From Octopus sinensis (lineage: Eukaryota), in assembly GCF_006345805.1 (NCBI RefSeq), contig NW_021827545.1, positions 1 through 27,940 on the forward strand: a stretch of 27,940 nucleotides of DNA, in the 5' to 3' direction. Shown here piece after piece: positions 10,338 through 20,715 of this stretch. The stretch's first letter is position 1. Each line of letters begins with the position of its first letter. Under the pieces are notes generated by a model that was given only the letters and a program-made list of their open reading frames with translations, was not told where the DNA came from and did not search any database. Both the position numbers and the translations under genes were made by a program.

Positions 10338-10460
10338 GTGTAACCACGTGGTTTTGGGTTCAAGCCCATTGCGCAGCATTTTGGGTAATTTTTTTCCACT
10401 ATAGTCCTGGACCAACTAATGCTTTGTGAATAAATTCGGTACACGAAAACTGTGGAACCC
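10338..10460 (+). mobile_element. SINE family A head fragment, old
   Basis: aaccacgtggttttgggttcaagcccattgcgcagcattttgggtaa... is a degenerate match to the head. Confidence 0.65.
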
Positions 10461-10699
10461 GTTGGCGGGGACAGAAAGCGGAGGGAGAGAGAGAAGGCGA
10501 GAAAGTGGAGGGAGAGTGAAAGAGAGAGAAAGCGGAGGGAGAGAGAGATGATGATAGTGGTGGTGGAAGTGGTGATTGGATAGTAAAAGGGATATTTCTT
10601 TTTAACTAAACTAAGTTTTTAATATCACCTATCACTTAACGCATGCGCATAAGTGCACTTCCATGAGATATTCACGCTTATTTATGTGGCGGATATACT

Positions 10700-10920
10700 C
10701 TCTCTTTTCTCTCTTTTTTACTTGTTTCAGTCATTTGACTGCTGCCATGCTGGAGCACCGCCTTTAGTCGAGTAAGTCGACCCCAGGATTTATTCTTTGT
10801 AAGTCTAGTACTTATTCTATCGTTCTCTTTTACCGAACCGCTAAGTGACGGGGACGTAAACACACCAGCATCGGTTGTCAAGCAATGTCGGTGGGGTGGA
10901 GACAAATACAGACACACACA
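10700..10920 (-). mobile_element. SINE family A, 3' half
   Basis: tttacttgtttcagtcatttgactgctgccatgctggagcacc... is the reverse complement of the tail. Confidence 0.92.
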
Positions 10921-10944
10921 CACATATATATGTACATACCTACA

Positions 10945-10986
<42 letters not shown>

Positions 10987-10987
10987 T

Positions 10988-11272
10988 AGTACTGTCTCGA
11001 GCCCTGAGATTTATGGGGCCGGTTACCCGATTTCCATGTTGTGACGAAGATCACTCCACATATCGCCAGTCAGTCACAGGTTTATTGTTTTAGGTGCAGA
11101 CGTGGTTATTAAGGCGCGGGTATGGCTGTGTGGTAAGACGCTTGCTTCCAAACCACATGGTTCTGGGTTCAGTCCCACTGCGTGACACCTTGGGCAAGTG
11201 TCTTCTATTATACACCATCCCAAACGCTATACAGATATATTTATATATATATTCTTTTACTTGTTTCAATCA
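10988..11272. repeat. Direct repeat copy 1 (285 bp)
   Basis: Matches 11950-12236 with 4 substitutions and one 2-nt TA indel. Contains a SINE A head fragment. Confidence 0.95.
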
Positions 11273-11949
11273 GGGCATAAAAAACGTTGAACACAATGAG
11301 AAACAAAAACATAAAAACAAAAACATGGAAACGAACTATTTTTCTAACAACGAAAGAACAGAGTACAAGACGTACAACACCAGGAATATTCCCCTTCTTC
11401 AGTTGTCCCTGTTTCGTCTACTCTGCGTTTCGAAGGTAAGGACAAGACGCGACTTCGTTGAAACAGTCCTTTCCGCAAATCAAATTAAATAAAATTTGGG
11501 ATTTTTTGCGGAGGGGTAAAAGTGGTAACAAGAACAGGGCAGTAAGAACAAAACAAGACGGTAAAAACAATAAAAGTAAAAACAGTAAAAGACAGAACAA
11601 AGAGAATAACACAGTAAAAACAAACGATGAGGGTTGTTAAGCCGAGACGATGGAAAAATTATTTTGAACGCTTGAGGTATTTAGGTAGGTAGGTAACTAG
11701 TTTCATTGCTAGATAGGTACATAGATTTGTGTAAACAAGGGTAGGTATACAAAATGTCAATTAAGTCAAAAGGATTAGGAGAAACGTGTCAGGGATAGGT
11801 CAAAAACGGATTATCAACAACGAAGTTAATCGGATTAGTCTGTGTCAATATCTTAATTCATTCGATATCCTAGCCTGTAATTTTAGAATAACATTTGTGA
11901 CAGAGCCTGGGTAAGTTGCGGGTAGAATCCGGATTAGTTTTGATCAATA
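11273..11949. mobile_element. Unclassified 677-bp insert between the duplicated blocks
   Basis: Interrupts the start of a minus-strand SINE A tail (gtttcaatca|gggcat). No recognisable ORF. It has minus-strand CTGAAGA and GAAAC words but I could not fold a complete HHR. Confidence 0.45.
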
Positions 11950-12236
11950 AGTACTGTCTCGAGCCCTGAGATTTATGGGGCCGGTTACCCGATTTCCATG
12001 TTGTGACGAAGATCACTCCACATATCGCCAGTCAGTCACAGGTTTATTATTTTAGGTGCAGACGTGGTTATTAAGGCGCGGGTATGGCTGTGTGGTAAGA
12101 CGCTTGCTTCCCAACCACATGGTTCCGGGTTCAGTCCCACTGCGTGACACCTTGGGCAAGTGTCTTTTATTATACACCATCCCAAACGCTATACAGATAT
12201 ATTTATATATATATATTCTTTTACTTGTTTCAATCA
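11950..12236. repeat. Direct repeat copy 2 (287 bp)
   Basis: See 10988-11272. This copy continues uninterrupted into SINE A 12217-12558. Confidence 0.95.
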
Positions 12237-12558
12237 TTTGACTGCGGCCGTGCTGGAGCACAACCTTTAGTTGAACAAATCGACTCCAGGACTTATTCTT
12301 TGTAAGCCTAGTATTTATTCTATCGGTCCCTTTTGCCGAACCGCTAGATTATGGGGACTTAAACACACCAACATCGGTTGTCAAGCGATGGTGGGGTGAC
12401 AAACACAGATACACAAATATATACATATTTCCGTCTACCAAATCTACTCACAAGGCTTTAGTCGGCTCGACGCTAGAGTAGAAGACACTTGCACACGGTG
12501 CCACGCAGTGGGACTGAACTTGGAACCATGTGGTTGGGAAGCAAACTTCTTACCACAC
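12217..12558 (-). mobile_element. SINE family A
   Basis: Tail, internal tract and head (gggactgaacttggaaccatgtggttgggaagcaaacttcttaccacacag), all in reverse complement. Confidence 0.9.
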
Positions 12559-12950
12559 AGACATACACACACGCACACACATAACACGCACGCACACAAA
12601 CTCTTTTTCCGTGTTTCACGAAAGCGATCGTCTGACAGTAATGAACTTTCAAGCATTGTAATATTCTAATGTTTTTAAAATGACGCAGAAAAATCTGTTG
12701 GCAAATATTCATTTTGGCATTGCTTTCTGTATAACTCTCTCTATACATATATCTGTGGTTTGTGGGGTGGGGTTATACGAGTGATGGACAAACGAAAGTA
12801 GCATTCAGCACATTTTGGTAGGAGCTACATATATTTTTTAGTCAGCTCCATATAACTTAAAAGTTTTTTGAGTGTATATATTTACAGACATACAACACAC
12901 ACACACATAACATGTATCTACATTTATATGTACAATGTGTATGTATATAT

Positions 12951-13138
12951 ATATACTTTATTTAAAAGTAACAAAAGCTGTTACTCGGAGTTCCATGTTC
13001 CCCACGAACGGGAACGTGAAACTCCGAGTAACAGCTTTTGTTAAATTTCTGCTGCTTTTAAATAAAGCATATTACTTTACCTCTGGTATTTGAGTACTCT
13101 TTTTTCCACCTTGTTCATAATTATGTGTTTACTCCGGT
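12951..13138 (+). mobile_element. Penelope-like pLTR remnant with 5' inversion (fold-back), family P3
   Basis: 12951-13002 is an inverted copy of 13010-13072 (3 substitutions, one 11-nt deletion), with a perfect 24-bp arm at 12969-12992 / 13020-13043. Flanked by (TA)n. The loop falls inside an HHR core. Confidence 0.7.
13004..13034 (+). ncRNA. Truncated hammerhead ribozyme remnant
   Basis: (ccc)ACGA-ACG(GGAA)CGT-GAA-ACTCCGAGT-A^ACAG. Stem II has a GNRA loop, then GAAA, a near-palindromic stem III and a GUA site. The CTG of CTGACGA and the 5' strand of stem I are replaced by the inverted arm. Confidence 0.6.
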
Positions 13139-13147
13139 ATATATATA

Positions 13148-13197
<50 letters not shown>

Positions 13198-13216
13198 ACA
13201 TGCATATATATATACG

Positions 13217-13297
13217 CACTAATCCCTCGACTGTCGCGAGAGTTAAGTTCCAAAACGCCCCACAATAGGTGAACCGCGATATGGCGAGGGATTACAG
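13217..13297. mobile_element. 81-bp pogo/Tigger-like mini-MITE
   Basis: Imperfect TIRs cactaatccctcgactgtcgcg / cgcgatatggcgagggattacag followed by TA; sits between (TA)n tracts. Confidence 0.6.
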
Positions 13298-13310
13298 TAT
13301 GGTATGTGTG

Positions 13311-13344
<34 letters not shown>

Positions 13345-13351
<7 letters not shown>

Positions 13352-13554
13352 ACCTCGTGTGTACCGTTGGCGATTTTTTTTCCTCTGTCTTCACTTCTCT
13401 GGATCTTTCATTCTCCTATGTTTCCGACGAAGAGCTCCGCTCGAAACGTTAAACCCTCCTTCTTCCCTTCCTTCCTGAACGTCCAATAATACTATATTTG
13501 TTCCACGTCCTCGCGTTGTTGTGTTTTTTTGTGCTTTCTTGTTTGGATTAACTA
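13345..13554 (+). mobile_element. Penelope-like pLTR remnant, family P1 copy 2
   Basis: Near-identical to 848-1048, with (TA)n on both sides. Confidence 0.7.
13420..13454 (+). ncRNA. Minimal hammerhead ribozyme with core substitution
   Basis: GTTT-CCGACGA-A-GAGC(TCC)GCTC-GAA-ACGT-T^AAAC. Same fold as 922-956, but CTGA is changed to CCGA and the site is GUU. Confidence 0.7.
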
Positions 13555-13803
13555 TATATATATATATAATTTAGAGAAAAACCTCTATTAAACAATTCAA
13601 TAAAGAAAGATGTTATTCACACCATATAGAAAACATATACTATAAAAAAAACCTTATTCTAAAAATCAATAAAGTACAATAAATAGTAATATATATATAT
13701 GTATAATTTTTACTGTATCACAGTCTTTTCACGCTAGGCCACTTGGTGTTTTAAATTGATGTTATTAATTAATATTCAATTTTTTTCACCCTTATTGTGA
13801 TTT

Positions 13804-13849
<46 letters not shown>

Positions 13850-13869
13850 AAGTTATATATGAGGATAAT

Positions 13870-14132
13870 ATCGATATTTAAGTGTCGAAATTATCAAGTG
13901 GCCAGCATGAAGAATTATTCAATAATTTTTGCTTGTATGTTTTGTCCCTCCGCTTTACCTCATGGTGCGATATGAACATTTAACGTGGTACTATAGTCAG
14001 TGTTTCGACTGCTATTTCGGCATGTTGGTGTCTTTTAGACACCCTCATTTTTAATTGTTAAAAATTTTTTTACCTTTGTAAGGTATTTCTTTCATGCTGG
14101 CCACTTGATAATTTCGACACTTAAATATCGAT
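13870..14132. mobile_element. Unclassified fold-back/MITE with 42-bp perfect TIRs
   Basis: atcgatatttaagtgtcgaaattatcaagtggccagcatgaa (13870-13911) is the exact reverse complement of 14091-14132. No TSD seen. Confidence 0.7.
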
Positions 14133-14133
14133 T

Positions 14134-14403
14134 CGGATCAACGGAACAGCCTGCTCGTGAAATTAACGTGTAAGTGGCTGAGCACTCCACAGACACGTGC
14201 ACCTTTAACGTAGTTCTCGGGGATATTCAGCGTGACACAGAGAGTGACAAGGCCGGCCCTTTGAAATACAGGTACAACAGAAACAGGAAGAGTGAGAGCC
14301 TCGTGGAGCTTTTAGGTGTTTTCGCTCAATAAACACTCACAACGCCCGGTCTGGGAATCGAAACCGCGAGTCCGCTGCCCTAACCACTGGGCCGTTGCGC
14401 CTC

Positions 14404-14406
<3 letters not shown>
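14134..14406 (-). mobile_element. SINE family C (tRNA-like head, 3' end clipped)
   Basis: Minus strand GTGGAGGCGCAACGGCCCAGTGGTTAGGG...TTTCGATTCCCAGACCGGGCG (A and B boxes). The body ends ...CACGAGCAGGCTGTTCCGTTGATC, shared with 25326-25497. Confidence 0.85.
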
Positions 14407-14480
<74 letters not shown>

Positions 14481-14506
14481 TATATACACACACACACACA
14501 CACACA
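14407..14506. repeat. (TA)n-(CA)n microsatellite
   Basis: Direct reading. Confidence 0.97.
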
Positions 14507-15094
14507 AAATGTTTGTGCGCACACCCAAACATTGATATACAGTTACAGCGTGTATATTTCTAGATTTCTAGAAGCTGTAGTCAGATTTTTAAGGTGTATC
14601 TGGTGAAGAAGAATGGCGGAGGAAAGGCTATACGAAGCCAAGAATAAGTCTGGGATAGATTTTGGCAACAGTATTCGAGGAATATTGCGTCAGAAAGTGT
14701 CAAACATATGGCATGGAATGTATGTTTTCTCTAGGAGTCCGAAAATATTTTTAATACAAAGCTGAGCGTCGTTCTGTTATAGAATCGATGTAGTTGTTCA
14801 GCTGGTGCGTCGACCCGGGACCGCAAAAGCTGAAGAAAGGCAGGTGTCCGTAAGTGTCTGACGCATCCTCGCCCCTCAAAAATAAAACTTCGCTGCTCCC
14901 TTTGAGTTTTGTGAAGATTTCGCTCACCGAAACCAGAAGGTGTTCTTGTTCTGCACGGCAGCGCTGGCTGTGATCAAACAGGCCTATGATGCAAACGGAT
15001 TCCAGTCGGGACCATCCTGGTGTGTGTGTGTGTGTGTGTGTTTTGTCAGGCATAGCATGTGGGCACAGGCGTGGGCGTGTGATCAAGTACCATA

Positions 15095-15501
15095 GGATCT
15101 TTTCGGTTTGAACAGCAGTTTTTAACAATTTCTAGGTAACTAAAAAATTTTAGACTTCGTATACTGGTAGTGTTTATAAAACATCTTTTTCTCTTGGCTT
15201 TATTGAGAAAATTCTATACTTTGTAAGATATTTGTTGTTTTTTTCTTCAATTTCTGAAATTTCAACCAATCAATGACGTCCATTGAGGTAAAAAAACAAA
15301 CATTCTGTGCCATATAAATATGTCCCTCGTTTAAGAAACAGATTGGGTTTATTTACATTTCTGAAGAAAAAAAGATACCCTTCCCCCACCCTAACCCTAA
15401 AACAGATTGAAATGCAATAGATCAATAATAGGGTCATAATTATGGGTGACAATTTCATATGACACCGCTAGAAAAAACTGCCGTTCAAACCGAAAAGATC
15501 C
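15095..15501. mobile_element. MITE family M (30-bp TIR) copy 1
   Basis: GGATCTTTTCGGTTTGAAC(A/G)GCAGTTTTT...AAAAAACTGCCGTTCAAACCGAAAAGATCC. Body matches 23898-24309. No TSD recognisable at this copy. Confidence 0.9.
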
Positions 15502-15575
15502 CAAAGCTGATATCAAATTTGAATATGAAGGAAATTCCAGGGTGTGCGATTTATACTGGAGTGAATATGGTAGCT

Positions 15576-15828
15576 GTGGAGGCGCGTGGCTTAGTGGTTA
15601 GGGTGTTGAATTCATGGTCGTAAGGTTGTAGTTTCGATTCCTGGACCGGGCGATGCGTTGTGTTCTTGAGCAAAACACTTCATTTTCACGTTGCTCCGGT
15701 CCACTCAGCTGGCACAAACGAGTAATCCTGCAACGGACCGGCGTCTCGTCCGGGTGGGGAATTTCTACGCCACTGAACCGGGAAACCAGCCCTTATGAGC
15801 CTGGCATGGCTCGAGAAGGAACATTTTT
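15576..15828 (+). mobile_element. SINE family D (same tRNA-like head as C, V-domain-like body)
   Basis: gtggaggcgcgtggcttagtggttaggg...tttcgattcctggaccgggcg head. The body cctgcaacggaccggcgtctcgtccggg resembles the V-SINE central domain (recalled similarity). Confidence 0.8.
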
Positions 15829-15952
15829 TAAAAATTTAAATATGGTGGTTATTTTAAATCTTTATTCACCAGTTAGATTAGCCTTTATTGCATGGAACAA
15901 AGCTTATATCAAGTTGGAATATGAAGAAGAAACAATCTAGTACCAAGATTTA

Positions 15953-16385
15953 GTACCAAGCGAGGGTGGATGATATTAAGCGACTAGAATCCTTCGATCA
16001 CCTCTGTTTACGCCGCATCCTTCGTGTCCGATGGCATCACTTTGTCTCCAACAATTCGGTGCGACACCAGTGCAGAATCACCTCCCTCCGGCAAGTCATC
16101 CTAACGAGACATCTGCATTGGCTGGGTCATGCCCTCCGTCGTCAACCAGGAGAATTCATCTACGAAGCAATTGCCCCAGCTCCCCTTCGGGGTTGGCGAA
16201 AGCGATGTGGTGGACAACAAAAAACCTGGCTGATGACAGTCAAGGCTGATCTGGAACCCAACCTAGGCCCCCATATTTACGGCGTTCGCCGCTGGAATGA
16301 GGAGTGGTTGGAGATGCAGCATTGAGGATGAATGAAGCCAGCTCAACCTACCCCGGGTGAATGCTGTCAAGTCTAGTCAGTCAGT
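15953..16385 (+). pseudogene. 5'-truncated RTE-clade LINE (ORF C-terminus plus short tail)
   Basis: ORF 15966-16325: DIKRLESFDHLCLRRILRVRW...LHWLGHALRR...RKRCGGQQKTW is the typical RTE C-terminal region. (AGTC)n tail and a 9-bp TSD CAAGATTTA (15944-15952 and 16386-16394). Confidence 0.88.
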
Positions 16386-16461
16386 CAAGATTTAACAGTA
16401 AACTATGGGTGCCACATATACACAAGTAAATACGGTGAAACACTACGCAAATGCATGGTTT

Positions 16462-16620
16462 ATGGTTTTGAGTTCAAAACATTTCACGTTGCTTCAGTCC
16501 ACTTAAATGAGTAACCCTGCGATGGACCGGCTTCCTATCCAGGGGGAATGTTGTGATCTCGGTCACTTATACGCCAAACAAAATGGCTAACCGAGCTTAT
16601 GAATCCCGAGGCTCAAGACA
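16462..16620 (+). mobile_element. SINE family D fragment, diverged
   Basis: aaaacatttcacgttgcttcagtccac...ccctgcgatggaccggcttcctatccagggg aligns to 15670-15760. Confidence 0.7.
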
Positions 16621-17086
16621 GTACTTTATTTTACCTTCCACTGCACGGCACTTTAGCCAAATGTCTTCAACAATCATTTTGAATCGACCAATGTAATTCC
16701 TTGTCAGCGGAATTTGGTTGAGGGGGAGCCATGTGGAACCATTCATGTTCGTAAGTGTTAGACTTAAACGGTTGGCGGGATTGACATAAACTTATACACA
16801 GAGTACACAAGGTGACATGAGGCTACGAAGGATTTTCTTCGAGGGAGTTTGACCGGCTAGAAATAGCAGCCAAAATCTCTGAATTTCAAACTACGGTTTG
16901 TAAAAAGGACGTATTAGATAATTCGATAAACTAAATTTGAATAAAAGACGGTGTGGTCATAGCTGGAATGCTTTTGATCATATGTTTATTCGATTAATGA
17001 TAACCAGGCGCTAAACACCAAAATCAACTTTGGTACAAGTGTTTAAAACAACTTTGGTACATATGTTTTAAAAAGAATTAATTATT

Positions 17087-17485
17087 GGCGAGTGGCTGTG
17101 TGATAAGTAGCTTGCTAACCAACCACATGGTTCTGAGTTCAGTCCCACTGCGTGGCATCTTGAGCAAGTGTTTTCTGCTATAGCACCGGGCCGACCAATG
17201 CCTTGTGAGTAGATTTGGTAGACGGAAACTGAAAGACGCCTGTCGTATATATGTATGTGTATATATGTGTGTATATGTGTTTGTGTGTCTGTGTTTGTCC
17301 CCCTAGCATTGCTTGACAACCGATGGAGTGTTTACGTCCCCGTCACTTAGCGGTTCGGCAAAAGAGACCGATAGAATAAGTACTGGGCTTACAAAGAATA
17401 AGTCCCGGGGTCGAGTTGCTCGACTAAAGGCGGTGCTCCAGCACGGCCGCCGTCAAATGACTGAAACAAGTAAAAGAGTAAAGAG
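17087..17485 (+). mobile_element. SINE family A, full length (best reference copy)
   Basis: tRNA-like head (gtggctgtgtgataagtagc ... gagttcagtccc), internal (TA/TG) tract, tail ending gtaaaagagtaaagag. About 400 bp. Confidence 0.95.
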
Positions 17486-18162
17486 ATAGAACCTGTATTA
17501 GTGCCAAAAAGCAATCTTTGTATCCATCTTAATGTGAATGTACAGTTAAGAGCGCCGAATACTATGTTATTTTCCTTGAGAGGACTTATCATATGAACGC
17601 ATGGTGCATCGTCCACATGAGAGGTCCTCTCAAGGTAAATAACGGGCTATTCGACTCTCCAACAAAACATCCATATTAAGTTGGATACAAAGATTACCTT
17701 TTTAAAAAAGTAGTGGAGTCGATTTTGGGGACTAAAACCCTTCAAGGTGATACCCCTGTGTGGCTGCAATCCGATGGCTGAAACGAAATGAAACAAGATT
17801 TAAAAAAATAAAAAGGAAGCTAAAAACGGGAATCGAAACCGCATCGCCAATTACAAACAGCTTAGTTTACCGTTTGCTCTATATCAGCCGGAACTGAGAC
17901 AAGAATAACTCTAATGGATTAATCGGTTATCTTCTCGACTAGGCAAGTCGTCTGCTAGTTCTTTGACCTCATCTAAGTCTACTTACATTTCAAAGTACTT
18001 TCTAAATATCCCACAGCGAATCTTTTCTTCCTCCTTCTCCTGTTAATGTATGATTGCTTGCGTTGGCAAAAGGCCATAGATACGTGTAGAGGTGGAGAAC
18101 GTTTTGTATAGCTGAGCCAATTAACGAATGTACAAGAGAAATTTACCATTCTTTGGGGTAGG

Positions 18163-18345
18163 CATGGTTGTTGTGATTTTTAAAAAAATGCAGCTCGCTT
18201 TGTAGTTACTTGGTTTAGGTTTCGGTCCCACTGCTCCGTGACACCTTGGGCAAGAGTCTTCTGCTTTATAGCCCCGAGCAAGAGCAATGCTTTGTGAGTG
18301 ATTTTGGTAGACGGAAATTGTGTGGAATCCGGTCGTGTATGCATA
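18163..18345 (+). mobile_element. SINE family A 5' half, old
   Basis: ggtttcggtcccactgctccgtgacaccttgggcaagagtcttc...tggtagacggaaa. Confidence 0.75.
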
Positions 18346-18360
18346 GGCGTGTTTGTACCC

Positions 18361-18465
<105 letters not shown>

Positions 18466-18469
18466 CTTT

Positions 18470-18725
18470 ATAATTAGGGTTCAGCAGAGATTTACTTCAC
18501 CACATACCGAAGTTTAGAAATAGCTGTCAAAAAATCTTAGCTATTCCTTCTACTTTAATACTGATTGATTTTCGTTATTTTTCCTTTTGCCTGCGTGGAT
18601 TGTTATCAAGTACTTTGGTTTTTCTGGGAGTCCCTTTTAAAGTAGAAGGAATAGCTAAGGTTTTTTGACTGCTATTTCTAAACTTCGGTATGTGGTGAAG
18701 CAAATCTCTGCTGAACTCTAATTAT
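18470..18725. mobile_element. Unclassified fold-back/MITE with 89-bp arms
   Basis: 18470-18558 is the reverse complement of 18637-18725 with 4 mismatches; 78-nt spacer; TA at both ends could be a TSD. Confidence 0.75.
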
Positions 18726-18923
18726 TTAGTATTACTTAAGTTTACCATGAAATGGTCCTTTTTTCATGCCGAATTCTACTTGGTGAAATTAATGATTACT
18801 TCTTAATTAATTAATTTTACCCTTTATTATTATTATTATTATTATATACATATATATATATATAATGTGTGTTTTATATATATATAATGTGTGTGCGTGC
18901 GTTCGTGGTTGCTCACACACATA

Positions 18924-19262
18924 CCGTTTGACAACCAGTGTTGCTTTGTTTACATCCCAGTAGCTTAACGGTTCGGCAAAAGAACTGATAGAACAAGTGC
19001 CAGACTTAAAAAAATTAAGTCCTGGGGTTGGTATGACCGACTATTCCCCACCATTAAATTTCATTCGTTGTGCTTTTGTTCACTTTTATATCTCACTTGG
19101 TTCACTCATTGCACTGCGGCCATGCTGGGGCACCGAGTTGAAGCAAAATTGGTAATTTTTACTACTGGTGTCTTTTGCCAAACCGCTAAGTTACAGGGAC
19201 GCAAACAAACGAGCACCAGTTTTCAAACGGTGGTGTCGGACAACGACAAAAAACAAACACAC
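18924..19262. mobile_element. Two old SINE family A tail fragments in opposite orientation
   Basis: About 18924-19045 (+) and about 19092-19262 (-) align loosely to the tail. Confidence 0.65.
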
Positions 19263-19423
19263 ACACACACATTTCTCTCTCGATCGGTCGATCGACTTTC
19301 CTCGGTCTGCACAGACATTCCTCCAATAGTCTCTGTCCTTGATACGCACTAAGCAGCGGTGAATAATATATAACTATGTACAGCCATATTTAGCATATTC
19401 GTGTACATTCAGACATGGAAAGT

Positions 19424-19838
19424 CTATGTGGCTGAGAGGTAAATAGCTTGCTAACCAACCACATGGTTCCGGGTTCAGTCCCACTGCGTGGCATCTTGGG
19501 CAAGTGTCTTCTGCTATAGTCCCGGGCCGACCAATGCCTTGTGAGTGGATTTGGTAGACGGAAACTGAAAGAAGCCTGTCGTGTATATATATATATGTAT
19601 ATGTATGTGTGTGTATATGTATGTGTGTGTGTATGTCTTTGTGTGTCTGTGTTTGTCTCCCTAGCATTGCTGGTGTGTTTACGTCCCCGACACTTAGCGG
19701 TTCGGCAAAAGAGACCGATAGAATAAGTACTGAGCTTACAAAGAATAAGTCCCAGGGTCGATTTGCTCGACCAAAGCGGTGCTCCAGCATGGCCGCAGTC
19801 AAATGACTGAAACAAGTATAAAAGAAAGAAATAAAAGA
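19424..19838 (+). mobile_element. SINE family A, full length
   Basis: Collinear with 17087-17485. Confidence 0.95.
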
Positions 19839-19953
19839 AAAGCTGCGCAAGTTGTCTCGAGAGAAGAAATTCTTTTAATAGACAATATAGGTGTTAACAA
19901 CTTTGCTTAGTGTGCATGTAATTAATTTATTCCAGCTTAACATTATATATATA

Positions 19954-20510
19954 CTAGCAGCTAAGCCCGGTTTCACCCGGGCGGTTTGGATGATGTGGCT
20001 GTAAAACCTGCTCTGTGAAAGCATTCGACTTGTTTGGGAACGCCTACGTTAAAAAAAAAAATTTAAAGTGGCTTATTTCTGTCAAAACGCTAAAAATAAC
20101 TGAACAACAAAACAAAACAACCAAGATTCAACCAAATCAAAAAATAAACCCAAATACTAAGCGAACAAAGATGAATCATCCCACTACCATTGCGCGCACA
20201 CGCACACACACCCTCCCTTTTACATACACACATGTATTCACACAGAGTTGAAACGCAGTTTGTTTTATTTTTTCAGCGTACAATTTTCATCATCCCACTA
20301 CCAAGTATGACATCATCCCTTCCTTTCTCATTCACAATTACAGGAGTATTGTTATAGTAGATTATCTCGGTAACCATGGGAGGTATGAAAAAATACAAAG
20401 CCCAACATCACCACCGGATCATTCTACACATCTGTGTAATTTTTCGCGCAATTCCACCCAGCCGTTTGACCGTGAATCACAAGACAAGAAAGAATCGCCC
20501 ATGTCAAATT

Positions 20511-20520
<10 letters not shown>
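19954..20520 (-). mobile_element. Non-autonomous Helitron-like element
   Basis: Minus-strand 3' end CCCGGGTGAAACCGGG hairpin, then CTTAGCTG, then CTAG|T. The 5' end ...TATAATATAAAATTTGACATGGG merges into (TA)n, so that boundary is approximate. Confidence 0.75.
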
Positions 20521-20553
<33 letters not shown>

Positions 20554-20645
20554 ACACATACATAGACACACACAAACACACACATACGCACATGTATAAA
20601 TAAATATATGCATGCATATGTGTGTGAGCGCGTGCGTGGGGATAT

Positions 20646-20693
<48 letters not shown>

Positions 20694-20715
20694 TCTGTGA
20701 GTATATGTATGTATA
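20521..20715. repeat. Compound (TA/CA/TG)n microsatellite
   Basis: Direct reading. Confidence 0.9.

Noticed and set aside
11370-11470. Minus-strand CTGAAGA with nearby GAAAC words and a TTGTCC/GGACAA stem
   Set aside because: The order of elements does not give a complete hammerhead in any permutation; there is no GAAA after the putative stem II.
16770-17020. Probable old interspersed repeat
   Set aside because: Looks repeat-derived, but there is only one copy in the window and no definable ends or class.
17920-18160. Weak RTE-like peptide traces on the minus strand (IYGLLP, GGRK)
   Set aside because: Too degraded, with multiple stops; cannot be supported without a profile search.
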